Below are positions 36,885-45,862 of a stretch of 51,605 bases of DNA, piece after piece; position 1 is the first letter of the stretch; the number at the start of each line of letters is the position of its first letter. A program made the translations under genes and the position numbers. Under the pieces are notes generated by a model. The model did not search any database and had not been told where the DNA came from. It was given only the letters and a program-made list of their open reading frames with translations. This DNA is from a virus (Duplodnaviria > Caudoviricetes), in IMG/VR virus record IMGVR_UViG_3300025120_010366, positions 1 to 51,605 of that record. One strand, given 5' to 3'.

Positions 36885-38484
36885 TGGCAGATTCGAGTGA
36901 GTTGACTGGAGCAGGATTAATTGCTTGAACAACAAGAGTTTCGAAATTAGCATCTGCATCTAGATCATTTAGTGTCACTTGAAAATTTAATTGATCTGCA
37001 TTTGTTCCTTGGAAATCATAATCGTCACTGATATGACTTGTATTATTTTCTTTGTCTATTAATATTTTAAGAGTGCCTTTTCTCATTCCTGTGTCTACTG
37101 TGTTTTTATATACATAATTCATATGAATTGTTTTGCTGGTGTCTGTAGGTAATAGCAAAAAGTCGGTGTATGCATTCAATTGACCTATATTAAACTTTGT
37201 TGTAAAATTAAAGTTACCTGAGTATGCGCCTTCTACTTCTGTAATATAAGCAATATTGCTGAAGTTACGTATCATTGCATTAGTTCTAGAAAAGAAATCA
37301 TTTGAAGTTATATTTTGATTTGTTTCAAATTTTATAATGCTGTGTTTTGGTGCTGTATCTAAACCAGCATCGTTACCAACAGTTGAAAAAGTATTCGCTT
37401 CACTGATGTTGCCAGTTCCGTGTTTAATCCAGATACCTTGCAAATTGATATCAATAAATTTTGAATTACTAATAGTGTTATTGACTGGACCTGTTGCTTG
37501 TCCAACTCCACCTAAAACAGTGTCTTTACCAAACACAATTCCGTATCCACATTCTTCAATCACTACATTATCGAATGCGTTGTTTGTGATATCATCATTG
37601 CTTGATACAGCATATGAAAAATTGGAAACTTTAATTTTTTCAAAAACATTATCTCGAGCAGGTTCTATTTTGTTGGCTGGAATAGTAATGTCGTCATCAC
37701 CACCTAATAAAATACCAATCTGAGTTGCCACCAATGCCGCTCCTTGTGCCTGCGTCCATGTGCCTTTGATATTGATATCTTTGAAAGAACTGTCTGAACA
37801 ACTTAATAATTGTAATCCAGGTTGAGTGGTGTTGCTGTTCAACGTTAACCCTTTCAACTCAATATTTTTTGCCTTATTGATTGCTGTTGTTTGTGCCGCA
37901 CTGCCCTCGCCATTAATTGTTTCTAAAACAGGATATACTCCTGTTTGATTGATCACAGTTTTTTCACTACCATCTCCAATGATTGAAGCATATGGTGGTA
38001 ATTTTAAACTGTTTGTAATTTTGTATAAACCTGCTGATAGTTTTAATGTAATTCTTTTTTTGTAGTTGTCTGCATCTTGTGAATTGCTCCAAGGAAGAAA
38101 CAGTTGATCAATTGCTCTTTGTAATGCTAGTGTATCGTCTGTTGTGCCATCGCCCACTGCACCAAATGATTTTGCATTAACGATATCATCCAATCTATTT
38201 TGTAAACTTCTTTTAATAGGAGTTGCTGAAGTGGCACCTGTTTGTACATTTGAACCATTACGATAAGTGTATTGATCACTCAACGTGAACAAGTTATCAT
38301 GTTCTGTTAATACTTTAGAATTGCCTACTGCTGGTGCACCTTCAGACACAGCACCATTACCTATGTAAAGTTCTTGTGTGTCTACTGCCCAACCTAGTTC
38401 TCCGCCCGCTAGTTGTGGTAATCCAGAACCTAGGTTCTTTCTACCTCTACGTATTTGAATTCTTGATATCGATACAATTGCCAA
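36853..38484 (-). CDS. Virion structural protein with beta-helix (pectin-lyase-like) domain
   Basis: ISRIQIRRG..LPQLAGGELGWAVD.QELYIGNG; FGAVGDG.TDDT.ALQRAI; TTG start with AGGAG SD and TAAATA. Confidence 0.8.
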   Translation of the reverse strand: MAIVSISRIQIRRGRKNLGSGLPQLAGGELGWAVDTQELYIGNGAVSEGAPAVGNSKVLTEHDNLFTLSDQYTYRNGSNVQTGATSATPIKRSLQNRLDDIVNAKSFGAVGDGTTDDTLALQRAIDQLFLPWSNSQDADNYKKRITLKLSAGLYKITNSLKLPPYASIIGDGSEKTVINQTGVYPVLETINGEGSAAQTTAINKAKNIELKGLTLNSNTTQPGLQLLSCSDSSFKDINIKGTWTQAQGAALVATQIGILLGGDDDITIPANKIEPARDNVFEKIKVSNFSYAVSSNDDITNNAFDNVVIEECGYGIVFGKDTVLGGVGQATGPVNNTISNSKFIDINLQGIWIKHGTGNISEANTFSTVGNDAGLDTAPKHSIIKFETNQNITSNDFFSRTNAMIRNFSNIAYITEVEGAYSGNFNFTTKFNIGQLNAYTDFLLLPTDTSKTIHMNYVYKNTVDTGMRKGTLKILIDKENNTSHISDDYDFQGTNADQLNFQVTLNDLDADANFETLVVQAINPAPVNSLESANVTIQIQNIS

Positions 38485-38539
38485 TGTTTTTCTCCTGCTG
38501 TTTGTATTTATCGAGTGTGATGATATAATTGATGTTGAT

Positions 38540-39223
38540 TTAAACTGAGTGTTTAATATAGTACTCTTCTACTCTACTCCACCATAAATCTTTATATTTG
38601 CTATAATTTAAGGGTGTTATATCAAATTGTTGGTATGTTAAATCCCTAGCACACATGAACACGTGGCCTTCTTTGATGTCTGTACCGTAAGTTTCGTTGT
38701 GTGCTTCAGCATATGCCACCAACTGTAAAAAGTAATCTTCAATCCATTCTTTCTTTTTAGGCTTGTTTGTCTGCTTGAAGTCAATGATGCAAGGTGCTCC
38801 TTTGTATTCTCCAACACAGTCTGTGGTACCTGCATATATCTTTGGAAAATATAAACCAACTTCTGAACCCCAGATTTCATTCACATCTTTCAAAGCATTT
38901 TCATGAACAACTTGCGCCATTTTAAATGCCTGTTGAGCATATGGATTAGATCCTGGAGAAGACCATTGACCCAACTCAATATAATCTTCAAGATATTTGT
39001 GCATTCTAGTTCCAATGCCTGAGGCTTCTTTTGTGATGCGAACAGCATTTTGTTCTCCAACTCTTTTACGCCATTCTATAAGATGTGTTTTGTCTTTGGT
39101 TGCATCTAATATTGTGGTTACACTTGCCACAGCACTACCGTCTGGACATTGATAAACTCTCTTGCCATTTAAAGAAGTTCTTGATAATTTCTTATAATCT
39201 ATCTTGTTTGTAATTAAAGTCAT
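38540..39223 (-). CDS. PD-(D/E)xK exonuclease (Cas4-like phage family)
   Basis: SVTTIL, GTRMH, YAGTTD, IIDFK, YFLQL.AY. Confidence 0.87.
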   Translation of the reverse strand: MTLITNKIDYKKLSRTSLNGKRVYQCPDGSAVASVTTILDATKDKTHLIEWRKRVGEQNAVRITKEASGIGTRMHKYLEDYIELGQWSSPGSNPYAQQAFKMAQVVHENALKDVNEIWGSEVGLYFPKIYAGTTDCVGEYKGAPCIIDFKQTNKPKKKEWIEDYFLQLVAYAEAHNETYGTDIKEGHVFMCARDLTYQQFDITPLNYSKYKDLWWSRVEEYYIKHSV

Positions 39224-39804
39224 TTACTTACTGCTTCGCTGTTAAATGCGAAACTCATTCTATTGTTAGTTTTACTCAACGCATGACTGACATAATGCCA
39301 TAACCATGACGGAAAGTACACACATTGATTTAGTTGCGGTTGTACATCTATTCTGTCACTATTGAATTCATTCATATGTTCTATAATATTACTTTTGAAC
39401 ACATAACTCATTTGACTGTTTGGATTTATAAAAGTAAGTGGAGCACACCCAGTATCCGCTATGGGCCAGTACACTGCACTGAAAACTCCGTCCACGTGTC
39501 TGTGAGGTGCTTCAATGGCACTGTTGTCACTGCCATCATTTGCCCAAAGACTTGAAACTATTTGTTTGTGATTGTTGCTTAATCCTAATTGATTGTGTAG
39601 ATTATTAAAACCATTCTCAATTTTTTGTACAAGTTCTTTCAATACAGGTTCATCTACGTTAAGATGATTTGTGCCTGTGGATTTATAGTTTGGTGTGGCA
39701 TCGTGATTTATTTCTTCTTTTGACCAACTTACCACTTCATCTTTGTTTGATAGGTCTATATTTTCAATTGCTATGAAACTACTAAAGACAGCATTAATTT
39801 TCAT
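39220..39804 (-). CDS. 2OG-Fe(II) oxygenase (TIGR02466-like)
   Basis: WAN, PHRH, FSAVYW, FPSWLWH, RMSFAFN. Confidence 0.8.
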   Translation of the reverse strand: MKINAVFSSFIAIENIDLSNKDEVVSWSKEEINHDATPNYKSTGTNHLNVDEPVLKELVQKIENGFNNLHNQLGLSNNHKQIVSSLWANDGSDNSAIEAPHRHVDGVFSAVYWPIADTGCAPLTFINPNSQMSYVFKSNIIEHMNEFNSDRIDVQPQLNQCVYFPSWLWHYVSHALSKTNNRMSFAFNSEAVSK

Positions 39805-40162
39805 TGTTGTCATTTTCTGTAGACAGTTTATCCAACTCATCTAACATATTATCGTATGTTGGACCGTCCCATGGATTGTAATCGTAATAAGGTTTAGTTG
39901 TACTGTTAGGATCATCTTCACCAACAACCTGTTTTACTTCAGGCACATAATGTTTCATTGTTGACTCTATACCTTTCTGCAGAGTGGCAGTGCTACCTGC
40001 ACAACCTGAACAGGCACCTTTCATCAACATGGTTAATTTTCCTGTATCAACATCAAACTCTTTTGCTTCAACTTGACCTCCGTGAGATTCAACTTGAGCC
40101 TTGATATATTTTTCAATCACGGATTCAATGTCATGAAGTATTTGTTCTTTGGTTCTATCCAT
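39794..40162 (-). CDS. NifU/NfuA C-terminal domain Fe-S carrier
   Basis: HGG, MKGACSGC..S..TL..GIE, VPEV. Confidence 0.88.
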   Translation of the reverse strand: MDRTKEQILHDIESVIEKYIKAQVESHGGQVEAKEFDVDTGKLTMLMKGACSGCAGSTATLQKGIESTMKHYVPEVKQVVGEDDPNSTTKPYYDYNPWDGPTYDNMLDELDKLSTENDNNEN

Positions 40163-40200
40163 GTCTTAATATTACAGTACTAATGGTAAAAAGTCAAGTA

Positions 40201-40533
40201 TTAAGTGCGTTTTTTGGTTGCTCTCTTTGCCATTGTTTTTAGACTGGCAGAGCGGTCGCCTTTTTTTGTAGGAATATTTGGTTCTTCAGCATCAGTATCA
40301 AGAGTGATACCTGAATTGTCAAAAGTTTTAATCATTTTTTTGATTGAAGAATTTTTATTGTAGAGATTTTTGAAACTGTCGTGATTGATTGAGAAGCCTC
40401 CAACATTAGTTAGTATCTTGTTCAATGCATCAAAACTCAAATATGCTTTTTGATTACGTGAATCAGCACTGCTGATTAAGTTTCTAAGAACTTGAATTAA
40501 CTCTGCGCCAGAGGCTTCAGAAATTAAGCCTTT
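40201..40533 (-). CDS. Start-less reading frame, probably the -1 frameshift extension of the upstream 396-aa protein
   Basis: Frame open from the A9 run (40531-40539): KGLISEASGAELIQVLRNL...SFDALNKIL...MAKRATKKRT; no ATG/GTG near its 5' end, only an internal TTG at 40440 without an SD. Confidence 0.65.
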   Translation of the reverse strand, partial: KGLISEASGAELIQVLRNLISSADSRNQKAYLSFDALNKILTNVGGFSINHDSFKNLYNKNSSIKKMIKTFDNSGITLDTDAEEPNIPTKKGDRSASLKTMAKRATKKRT

Positions 40534-41714
40534 TTTTTTGACTTTGTTGAAAGTGTCTCTGCTAGTCTTCTAGACAATTGAATGATTGCTTCTCGTTTGC
40601 TTCTGTCTGCTGGTTCCTCACCGCCTGTTGCAGGTTCACTTGCTGAAAAATCATCTGATTGATCTGGCATATCTGCATCTGCATCTGTTGTGGGTTCCAT
40701 TGCTGGTTCTTCACTGTCGCTATCCGCACCAATTGTATCTGGTGCTTGTTCGCCTGTCAGTACGGCTACGCCGCCTGTTAGTGATTCTCTTGTTGCTTCT
40801 AATGAAGTGTATAATGATTCTAAACTTGGCTTCACTGAATTAGTGAATTGTTCTGATTGTTCTACACCCATTTCATCTCTAATAGCGTCTGCTAATTCTA
40901 ACATAGTTTCAGTCTGCATAGATGCTGTGTCTTCCATCCAGCCTGTAACTTTATCAACCATGTCTTTAGCCGCCATTACTAATTGAGCAGATTCTTCTGC
41001 TCCTTCTTTAACTGATTTCTTTTTGTCTTTAATTGCTTTTTTCATAGGTTCTTTTTTATCGCCATCTTTGTCCATGTCTAAAAAGTCTGGCTTCGCTTTT
41101 TCATTCATTGTTTTTGCCAATAAGTCTTCTGCATCTTTAAGTGTGAATTCTTTATCGCCTACTTTGAACTTGTCGCCTGCTTTCATGCCTGCCGCTTTGG
41201 CTTTCTGTACTGCCTGTGCAAATTGATTACCTTCATTTGGATTTTCAATTTCTGCTCCAGTATCGTCGAAATCTTGTTCTACTTTTTGTTTTGCATAATG
41301 TAAAGCAGATGCTTCGTCACCTTGTGCTGTTGCTTGTCTTTTCTCTATGTCAGCAATAACGGCATCTTTATTCATTTTTAATGCTTCTTTATCCATGTCA
41401 AAATAATCACCAATTATTTCATCTGCTTGGACTAAAATATCGTTTTGTAATTTTGCTTCTACTGTTCTGTCATTGATTGCAGAATCTAGTACGTCTAAAA
41501 ACATTTTTTGCTTGTGGTAGTCTTCGTTGTGACTTAAACCATCAAAGGACTCATTTTGTTCTATGTTTGCAATTTTGTTCAATACACCTGCACGAGCAGT
41601 TTCTAACTGTGCATCTGTAAATTGATCTAATTGTATTGTTGATCCAAACACTTTTGACAGTCTATCGTTCAACTGTTCTGTTGTTGCTTGGTGTCTAAAT
41701 TGCTCTATTTTCAT
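40524..41714 (-). CDS. Acidic prohead core/scaffold-like protein
   Basis: Low-complexity acidic coiled coil, several xxE candidate cleavage sites, KAKPDFLDMDKDGDKKEPMKKA motif; function inferred. Confidence 0.6.
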   Translation of the reverse strand: MKIEQFRHQATTEQLNDRLSKVFGSTIQLDQFTDAQLETARAGVLNKIANIEQNESFDGLSHNEDYHKQKMFLDVLDSAINDRTVEAKLQNDILVQADEIIGDYFDMDKEALKMNKDAVIADIEKRQATAQGDEASALHYAKQKVEQDFDDTGAEIENPNEGNQFAQAVQKAKAAGMKAGDKFKVGDKEFTLKDAEDLLAKTMNEKAKPDFLDMDKDGDKKEPMKKAIKDKKKSVKEGAEESAQLVMAAKDMVDKVTGWMEDTASMQTETMLELADAIRDEMGVEQSEQFTNSVKPSLESLYTSLEATRESLTGGVAVLTGEQAPDTIGADSDSEEPAMEPTTDADADMPDQSDDFSASEPATGGEEPADRSKREAIIQLSRRLAETLSTKSKKKA

Positions 41715-41734
41715 TGCTTTGTTCCTTTGCTATT

Positions 41735-42160
41735 TTATTTATCAAATATGTAGTCGTCCAGGGTGTCTCTTAACTTGAGTAGATCCTCCCATGCAATATC
41801 GTATCGTATTTTAGCAGATTCTCGCTTGATGTCATCATCGGTTCTGGCTATTGTGTGCTTGTAGAACACACATTCATTGTATTTGTGGTGTATTAGATCA
41901 TCTGTGGATCCTATGTATTGCAGGCTGTCTTGTTTGTTTTGAGCCATTTGTCTTGCCATAGCCAACGCCGCTGTCTTGGTAAAAGTGGTTGTAATTTGTT
42001 TATGGTTCTTTATGTCGTACAATAAGAATCCCATGCTGTTTTCACGTACCACAAAGTTTTTGATACGCAGACTGTTGCCATGCTGAATGGGTAGACACAC
42101 CTGCTCTGCTTGTTTGTCTATGAATATTTTAAGTTTTTTAGATAGTTTTTGTAGATCCAT
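41735..42160 (-). CDS. Hypothetical protein
   Basis: F.KTAALA...D.....NE..FY..T...RY. Confidence 0.7.
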   Translation of the reverse strand: MDLQKLSKKLKIFIDKQAEQVCLPIQHGNSLRIKNFVVRENSMGFLLYDIKNHKQITTTFTKTAALAMARQMAQNKQDSLQYIGSTDDLIHHKYNECVFYKHTIARTDDDIKRESAKIRYDIAWEDLLKLRDTLDDYIFDK

Positions 42161-42353
42161 TAGCAACCACCAGTGTTTTATCGTCACGTTCTATGCGACG
42201 TACCAAACTTTTATTGATTAAATTTCTTATTACTTCTTGTTCGCGTTCCAAAAAATTATCAATGTCTTTCATTTCTTTTAGTTTATTCAACATTGCTTTT
42301 TCTTCGTTCGAAGTTTGAATTAAAAAATCTTGTATAAGTTCGTTAATTTTCAT
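42138..42353 (-). CDS. Small protein with MKINE N-terminus
   Basis: SNEE..ML...EREQ.VI.NL..KSLV. Confidence 0.7.
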   Translation of the reverse strand: MKINELIQDFLIQTSNEEKAMLNKLKEMKDIDNFLEREQEVIRNLINKSLVRRIERDDKTLVVANGSTKTI

Positions 42354-42730
42354 TATTGTGTTGCTTTTTGTCTACGTTGTAGATTAGTGATTACAGGATC
42401 TAAATCTTTTTTCTTCACTGTAATCGATTGAGGTGCTTGAGCTGAAGGAGTTTTAGTTTTCATTGTAACTTGATCTCCTTGCACGTTGTCCACTTCATAA
42501 TCTGTTTCTTTGTTTGATGCTGTTGGCATTGGCACAGTTTTACCTGGTTTAATCAAATTTTGATCAGCCTGCCTGTTTGCTTGACTTATTGGTGCTTTGG
42601 TTGATATATTCTTTATCGGACCTTTGGGTAATTTATTTGGAGGTATAGGTGCTCCAGTTCGTTGTGCATTGCCCAAAGTGTTCAATGTTTTTTGTAGGTA
42701 CGGAGTTTCTGTAATTTCAATTATCTTCAT
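42353..42730 (-). CDS. Putative internal head protein
   Basis: MKIIEITE N-terminus; P/Q/T-rich. Confidence 0.65.
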   Translation of the reverse strand: MKIIEITETPYLQKTLNTLGNAQRTGAPIPPNKLPKGPIKNISTKAPISQANRQADQNLIKPGKTVPMPTASNKETDYEVDNVQGDQVTMKTKTPSAQAPQSITVKKKDLDPVITNLQRRQKATQ

Positions 42731-43092
42731 GTGCTTATTGGTTTCCTTTTTCCGCCACCGCTTCTTCTGAATGTTTTTCTACCGACACTTCTTCTGTTTG
42801 GTCTGCTTCTTGATGCACTGCGTCTGTTCAGTTTAGCCAATCCAATACTTGCTCCCGAAGTTGACTTTGTTCTAGATCTCTTAATTTTCATTGTGGATCC
42901 GCGTCTTGCTTTGGCTTTTTTAATTGCCATTACTGAGCCTATTTTTTTAGGTTGTGTACACACAGAGGGAGAACTGACCACACGTCCTTTACGAGGACCT
43001 GCTGTACATCTGTACTTCCTGACCATTTTGCCTGCTTTGGTACGTGACCAAATCTGAACAACTGATTCTGTGACTATTTCTGTAATTTTCAT
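42727..43092 (-). CDS. Very basic putative internal head/core protein
   Basis: MKITEIVTE; RKYRCTAGPRKGRVV; Arg/Lys-rich; TAAATA upstream. Confidence 0.7.
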   Translation of the reverse strand: MKITEIVTESVVQIWSRTKAGKMVRKYRCTAGPRKGRVVSSPSVCTQPKKIGSVMAIKKAKARRGSTMKIKRSRTKSTSGASIGLAKLNRRSASRSRPNRRSVGRKTFRRSGGGKRKPIST

Positions 43093-43142
43093 ACTATACC
43101 TTGTCTAGTACGAATATTTATCAGTTGTGGGGGGTGTTTGAA

Positions 43143-43376
43143 TTAACCTGGGAATTTTAATAATAACACAACAATAGTGGATAGTAGTCCAGCAACTATT
43201 GTGCCTGTGGCTCCAATAATCACTTTCACCATGCTCTTGTTGCCATGTTGAATATCTGTGTGGATATCTTCCACCTTCTCCTCGATTTTGTCCAAACGAG
43301 TTTCAAGGTTTTTATATCTTTGTTCACACAAATCAACGTGTGCTTCTAAATTTTGTTTTTCTAGCTCTGTAGCCAT
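43143..43376 (-). CDS. Coiled-coil protein with C-terminal TM
   Basis: LEAHVDLCEQRY..LE.RL...; hydrophobic C-terminus. Confidence 0.72.
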   Translation of the reverse strand: MATELEKQNLEAHVDLCEQRYKNLETRLDKIEEKVEDIHTDIQHGNKSMVKVIIGATGTIVAGLLSTIVVLLLKFPG

Positions 43377-43472
43377 TTTCTCTCTCTTCCGGTTATTGTA
43401 TCAATTTTATTTCTCTTGGAAGATGCCTGTATTTTATGCCTCATTAAGCCTTATACATTTATTTATACTGCG

Positions 43473-43883
43473 TTAATCCAAGTTATCTATTTGTTTAATG
43501 AATAACACATTGGTATAATCTACATCTTCGGTTCTATACACACCGGTTTTGATGTTGATAGATTCGTCCAGTCCAATCAACATTGGTACCAAATCAAAGT
43601 CTTCTTTTAGTGTGTCAATGCTCACAGCATCTGGAAAATCTGCTTCTATCACAGTTGTCCATACCATGTGTTCTCCCACATAGTTTTCACCAAACATCAA
43701 ATTGGTAATGTCTTGTTTTTCTACTGTGGGTCCTGAAATCATACGCATATTAGATCTCAACTGAATAGAGTTTTCAAATGTCATGTAGTTGCTGAATTGG
43801 TCTGTCTTTTTATTATCTTCATCTCGACCACGACGAGCTTTTGTTTTTGTGATATCTATCAGTGATAATATTTTGTATCTCAT
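43473..43883 (-). CDS. Hypothetical protein
   Basis: LIDITKT...Q.SN..T...I.LRSN...DF..VP...GL.E. Confidence 0.72.
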   Translation of the reverse strand: MRYKILSLIDITKTKARRGRDEDNKKTDQFSNYMTFENSIQLRSNMRMISGPTVEKQDITNLMFGENYVGEHMVWTTVIEADFPDAVSIDTLKEDFDLVPMLIGLDESINIKTGVYRTEDVDYTNVLFIKQIDNLD

Positions 43884-43919
43884 ATGCTGTTGTTCCTAGC
43901 ACTATTACTTATAAGTCAC

Positions 43920-43954
43920 AAAAAAAGAGCGTCCAGTTTCCTGAACGCTCTTTT
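43920..43954 (-). terminator. Rho-independent terminator
   Basis: AAAAGAGCGTTCAG-GAAA-CTGGACGCTCTTTTTTT. Confidence 0.8.
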
Positions 43955-43998
43955 GTATTCTTGTTAATAGGATAAGAAGTCTTATCTCGCTTACCTTA

Positions 43999-44343
43999 TT
44001 ATGCCCAAGTATCGCCTTGTATAGTAACTGCCGCTACTGCACCGTTAACTCCAGTACCTGCATCTGCAACTGCTTCTAATTGAGCCGCCGCCGCTACTGC
44101 ACCTTTACCTGCATAGCCACCTTCTAAACCTACTACTAGGTCGTTTGCTAAAGGTGTTCCTAATACAACGATGTTTGCCTCAGATGCAATTGCTCTCACT
44201 AATTTGTGAAATACTGAATCTGCATTTCCTGGGTTTGTGTGTACTCCTGTGTATCCAGTGAAAGAATAGAAGTCGATGTTCTTTGTTAAGAACTCAACGC
44301 CGTTTCCTGATGTGATACCGTTTGATCCTGCTATTGTTGCCAT
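43999..44343 (-). CDS. Small Ala/Gly-rich late protein (probably virion)
   Basis: Own TATAAATA promoter, AGGAG SD and terminator; starts MAT like its neighbour. Confidence 0.75.
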   Translation of the reverse strand: MATIAGSNGITSGNGVEFLTKNIDFYSFTGYTGVHTNPGNADSVFHKLVRAIASEANIVVLGTPLANDLVVGLEGGYAGKGAVAAAAQLEAVADAGTGVNGAVAAVTIQGDTWA

Positions 44344-44422
44344 TTTATTTCTCCTGTTTTCTCTTTAATGGTCACACTTCGCTCCGAAGTGTATGTTGCA
44401 AGTATTTATAGGATTTTGGTAA
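44344..44422 (-). repeat. Duplicated late promoter + hairpin leader, copy 1
   Basis: TTACCAAAA..TATAAATACTTGCA..CACTTCGGAGCGAAGTGTG..CATTAAAGAGAAAACAGGAGAAA. Confidence 0.85.
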
Positions 44423-44441
44423 AAGAGTGGGTTAAGGCAAC

Positions 44442-44468
44442 AAAAGGGCGACATAAAGCCGCCCTTTT
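44442..44468 (-). terminator. Rho-independent terminator
   Basis: AAAAGGGCG-N9-CGCCCTTTT. Confidence 0.8.
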
Positions 44469-44490
44469 GAATAAAAAAGTAATCTAATAA

Positions 44491-44859
44491 TTAGATTGCT
44501 TCGATGTCTGTTACTACTGTAACTGTTACTGTGTCGCCATCTGATAATGTTTGAACACCACCAGTTAGACCAGCCAACGTACCTGTGTCTAATACTTGAC
44601 CAATTGCTCTTGCAATTGAGTTAATATCAACACCATGTGTGTCTGCTACCATGTAGATTTCAGAACCATCTGCTTTAGTTTGTAAAATGTGTGACATTCC
44701 ACCTAATGCATCTGTTACTTTAGCCGCCGCCGCGTCTGAACCCATAGCGCCTAAACCGTTACCACCTGCTAGTACTACTTTGAATACTTGTACAGAAGTA
44801 AGTTCTTGCATTGTTCCTCTAGCCACTGCTGTCGGATTTGTTCTTGTTAATGTTGCCAT
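44491..44859 (-). CDS. Small Ala/Gly/Thr-rich late protein (probably virion)
   Basis: Own TATAAATA promoter, AGGAG SD and terminator. Confidence 0.75.
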   Translation of the reverse strand: MATLTRTNPTAVARGTMQELTSVQVFKVVLAGGNGLGAMGSDAAAAKVTDALGGMSHILQTKADGSEIYMVADTHGVDINSIARAIGQVLDTGTLAGLTGGVQTLSDGDTVTVTVVTDIEAI

Positions 44860-44938
44860 TGTTTTTCTCCTATTTTCTCTTTAATGACACACACTTCGCT
44901 CAGAAGTGCATATGCAAGTATTTATAAGGTTTTGGTAA
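44860..44938 (-). repeat. Duplicated late promoter + hairpin leader, copy 2
   Basis: TTACCAAAA..TATAAATACTTGCA..CACTTCTGAGCGAAGTGTG..CATTAAAGAGAAAATAGGAGAAA. Confidence 0.85.
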
Positions 44939-44956
44939 TAGTTGTGTGGTAATATA

Positions 44957-45862
44957 TTATTTACGGCTCTTTTGAGCTCTAGATTGCAGTGCTTTAAGCA
45001 CACTCACATAAGCCGGTCCGGCTTTCACAATATCATTCAATAATTGTATTGCTGGTAGATAAGCACCCACTATTGAAGATGGAATACTTTTGCCTGACAG
45101 TGCTGAGTCTATGAAACGTTTCACTGCCACTAGGTTCTTGCCACCGACTAGATATCTGTACATTGCAAGGTCTCTACCTTGAACACTCACATCTGGCACA
45201 CTGACTTTTGGTTCAGCATCTTTGACTCTGCCTGTTTCAAGATTTCTGTCAGAGGCTAATTTTTCCAAGTATTCTATGCTGTCCGAACTTCTCAATTTGG
45301 CTCTTGCGGCATGAAGTAATCTTGTCACTAGATTCTGTTTCTCACGCACTGTAAGAGTGTTGAATTGAAATAAACTTCTTCTAATTGATTTGTAATCAGT
45401 ATTTCTTATGCTCAATCCAGTTTCAATGTTTAAAAACACCTGCATGATGCTTGGCGAGATCAAACCCTGTTGTAGTGCTGACATATATCTGTTGAATGCC
45501 ATTGTGGGGAATCTGCTTTTTTTCCTCATTGCTTTGGCACTGATTGGATCCTTTAATTTATCCATTGCTTCTTCATCACCTGTAACAAAATACACAAAGT
45601 TATGAAGGTCTGTGGAATACATTCTAAATCTGTTGTAGTTGGATTGTTTTGTGTCTCTGGAATATTTAGATGCCAACTGTCTGTATGTAGGGTATTGATT
45701 CAACAGTTGTAGTATCAACAGTGTAAGGTACAGTCTTTCTGCACAATCTGTATAGGTAAGAACTTTTTGATCTTTTGAGTCACGAGTCATACGTGCTTCA
45801 AATAATGAACTTAAAAAGTCCAATTGATTAGTAGTTGCTTGGTTCTGCTTTGTCGATTCCAT
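44957..45862 (-). CDS. Hypothetical helical protein, putative internal head protein
   Basis: LDFLSSLFE|ARM candidate maturation site near the N-terminus. Confidence 0.7.
   Translation of the reverse strand: MESTKQNQATTNQLDFLSSLFEARMTRDSKDQKVLTYTDCAERLYLTLLILQLLNQYPTYRQLASKYSRDTKQSNYNRFRMYSTDLHNFVYFVTGDEEAMDKLKDPISAKAMRKKSRFPTMAFNRYMSALQQGLISPSIMQVFLNIETGLSIRNTDYKSIRRSLFQFNTLTVREKQNLVTRLLHAARAKLRSSDSIEYLEKLASDRNLETGRVKDAEPKVSVPDVSVQGRDLAMYRYLVGGKNLVAVKRFIDSALSGKSIPSSIVGAYLPAIQLLNDIVKAGPAYVSVLKALQSRAQKSRK

Noticed and set aside
44344-44938. CRISPR-like or att-type repeat
   Set aside because: Only two imperfect copies about 515 nt apart, each a promoter/leader of a gene; no spacer periodicity. 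The Cas4-like nuclease at 38540 is a common stand-alone phage gene.
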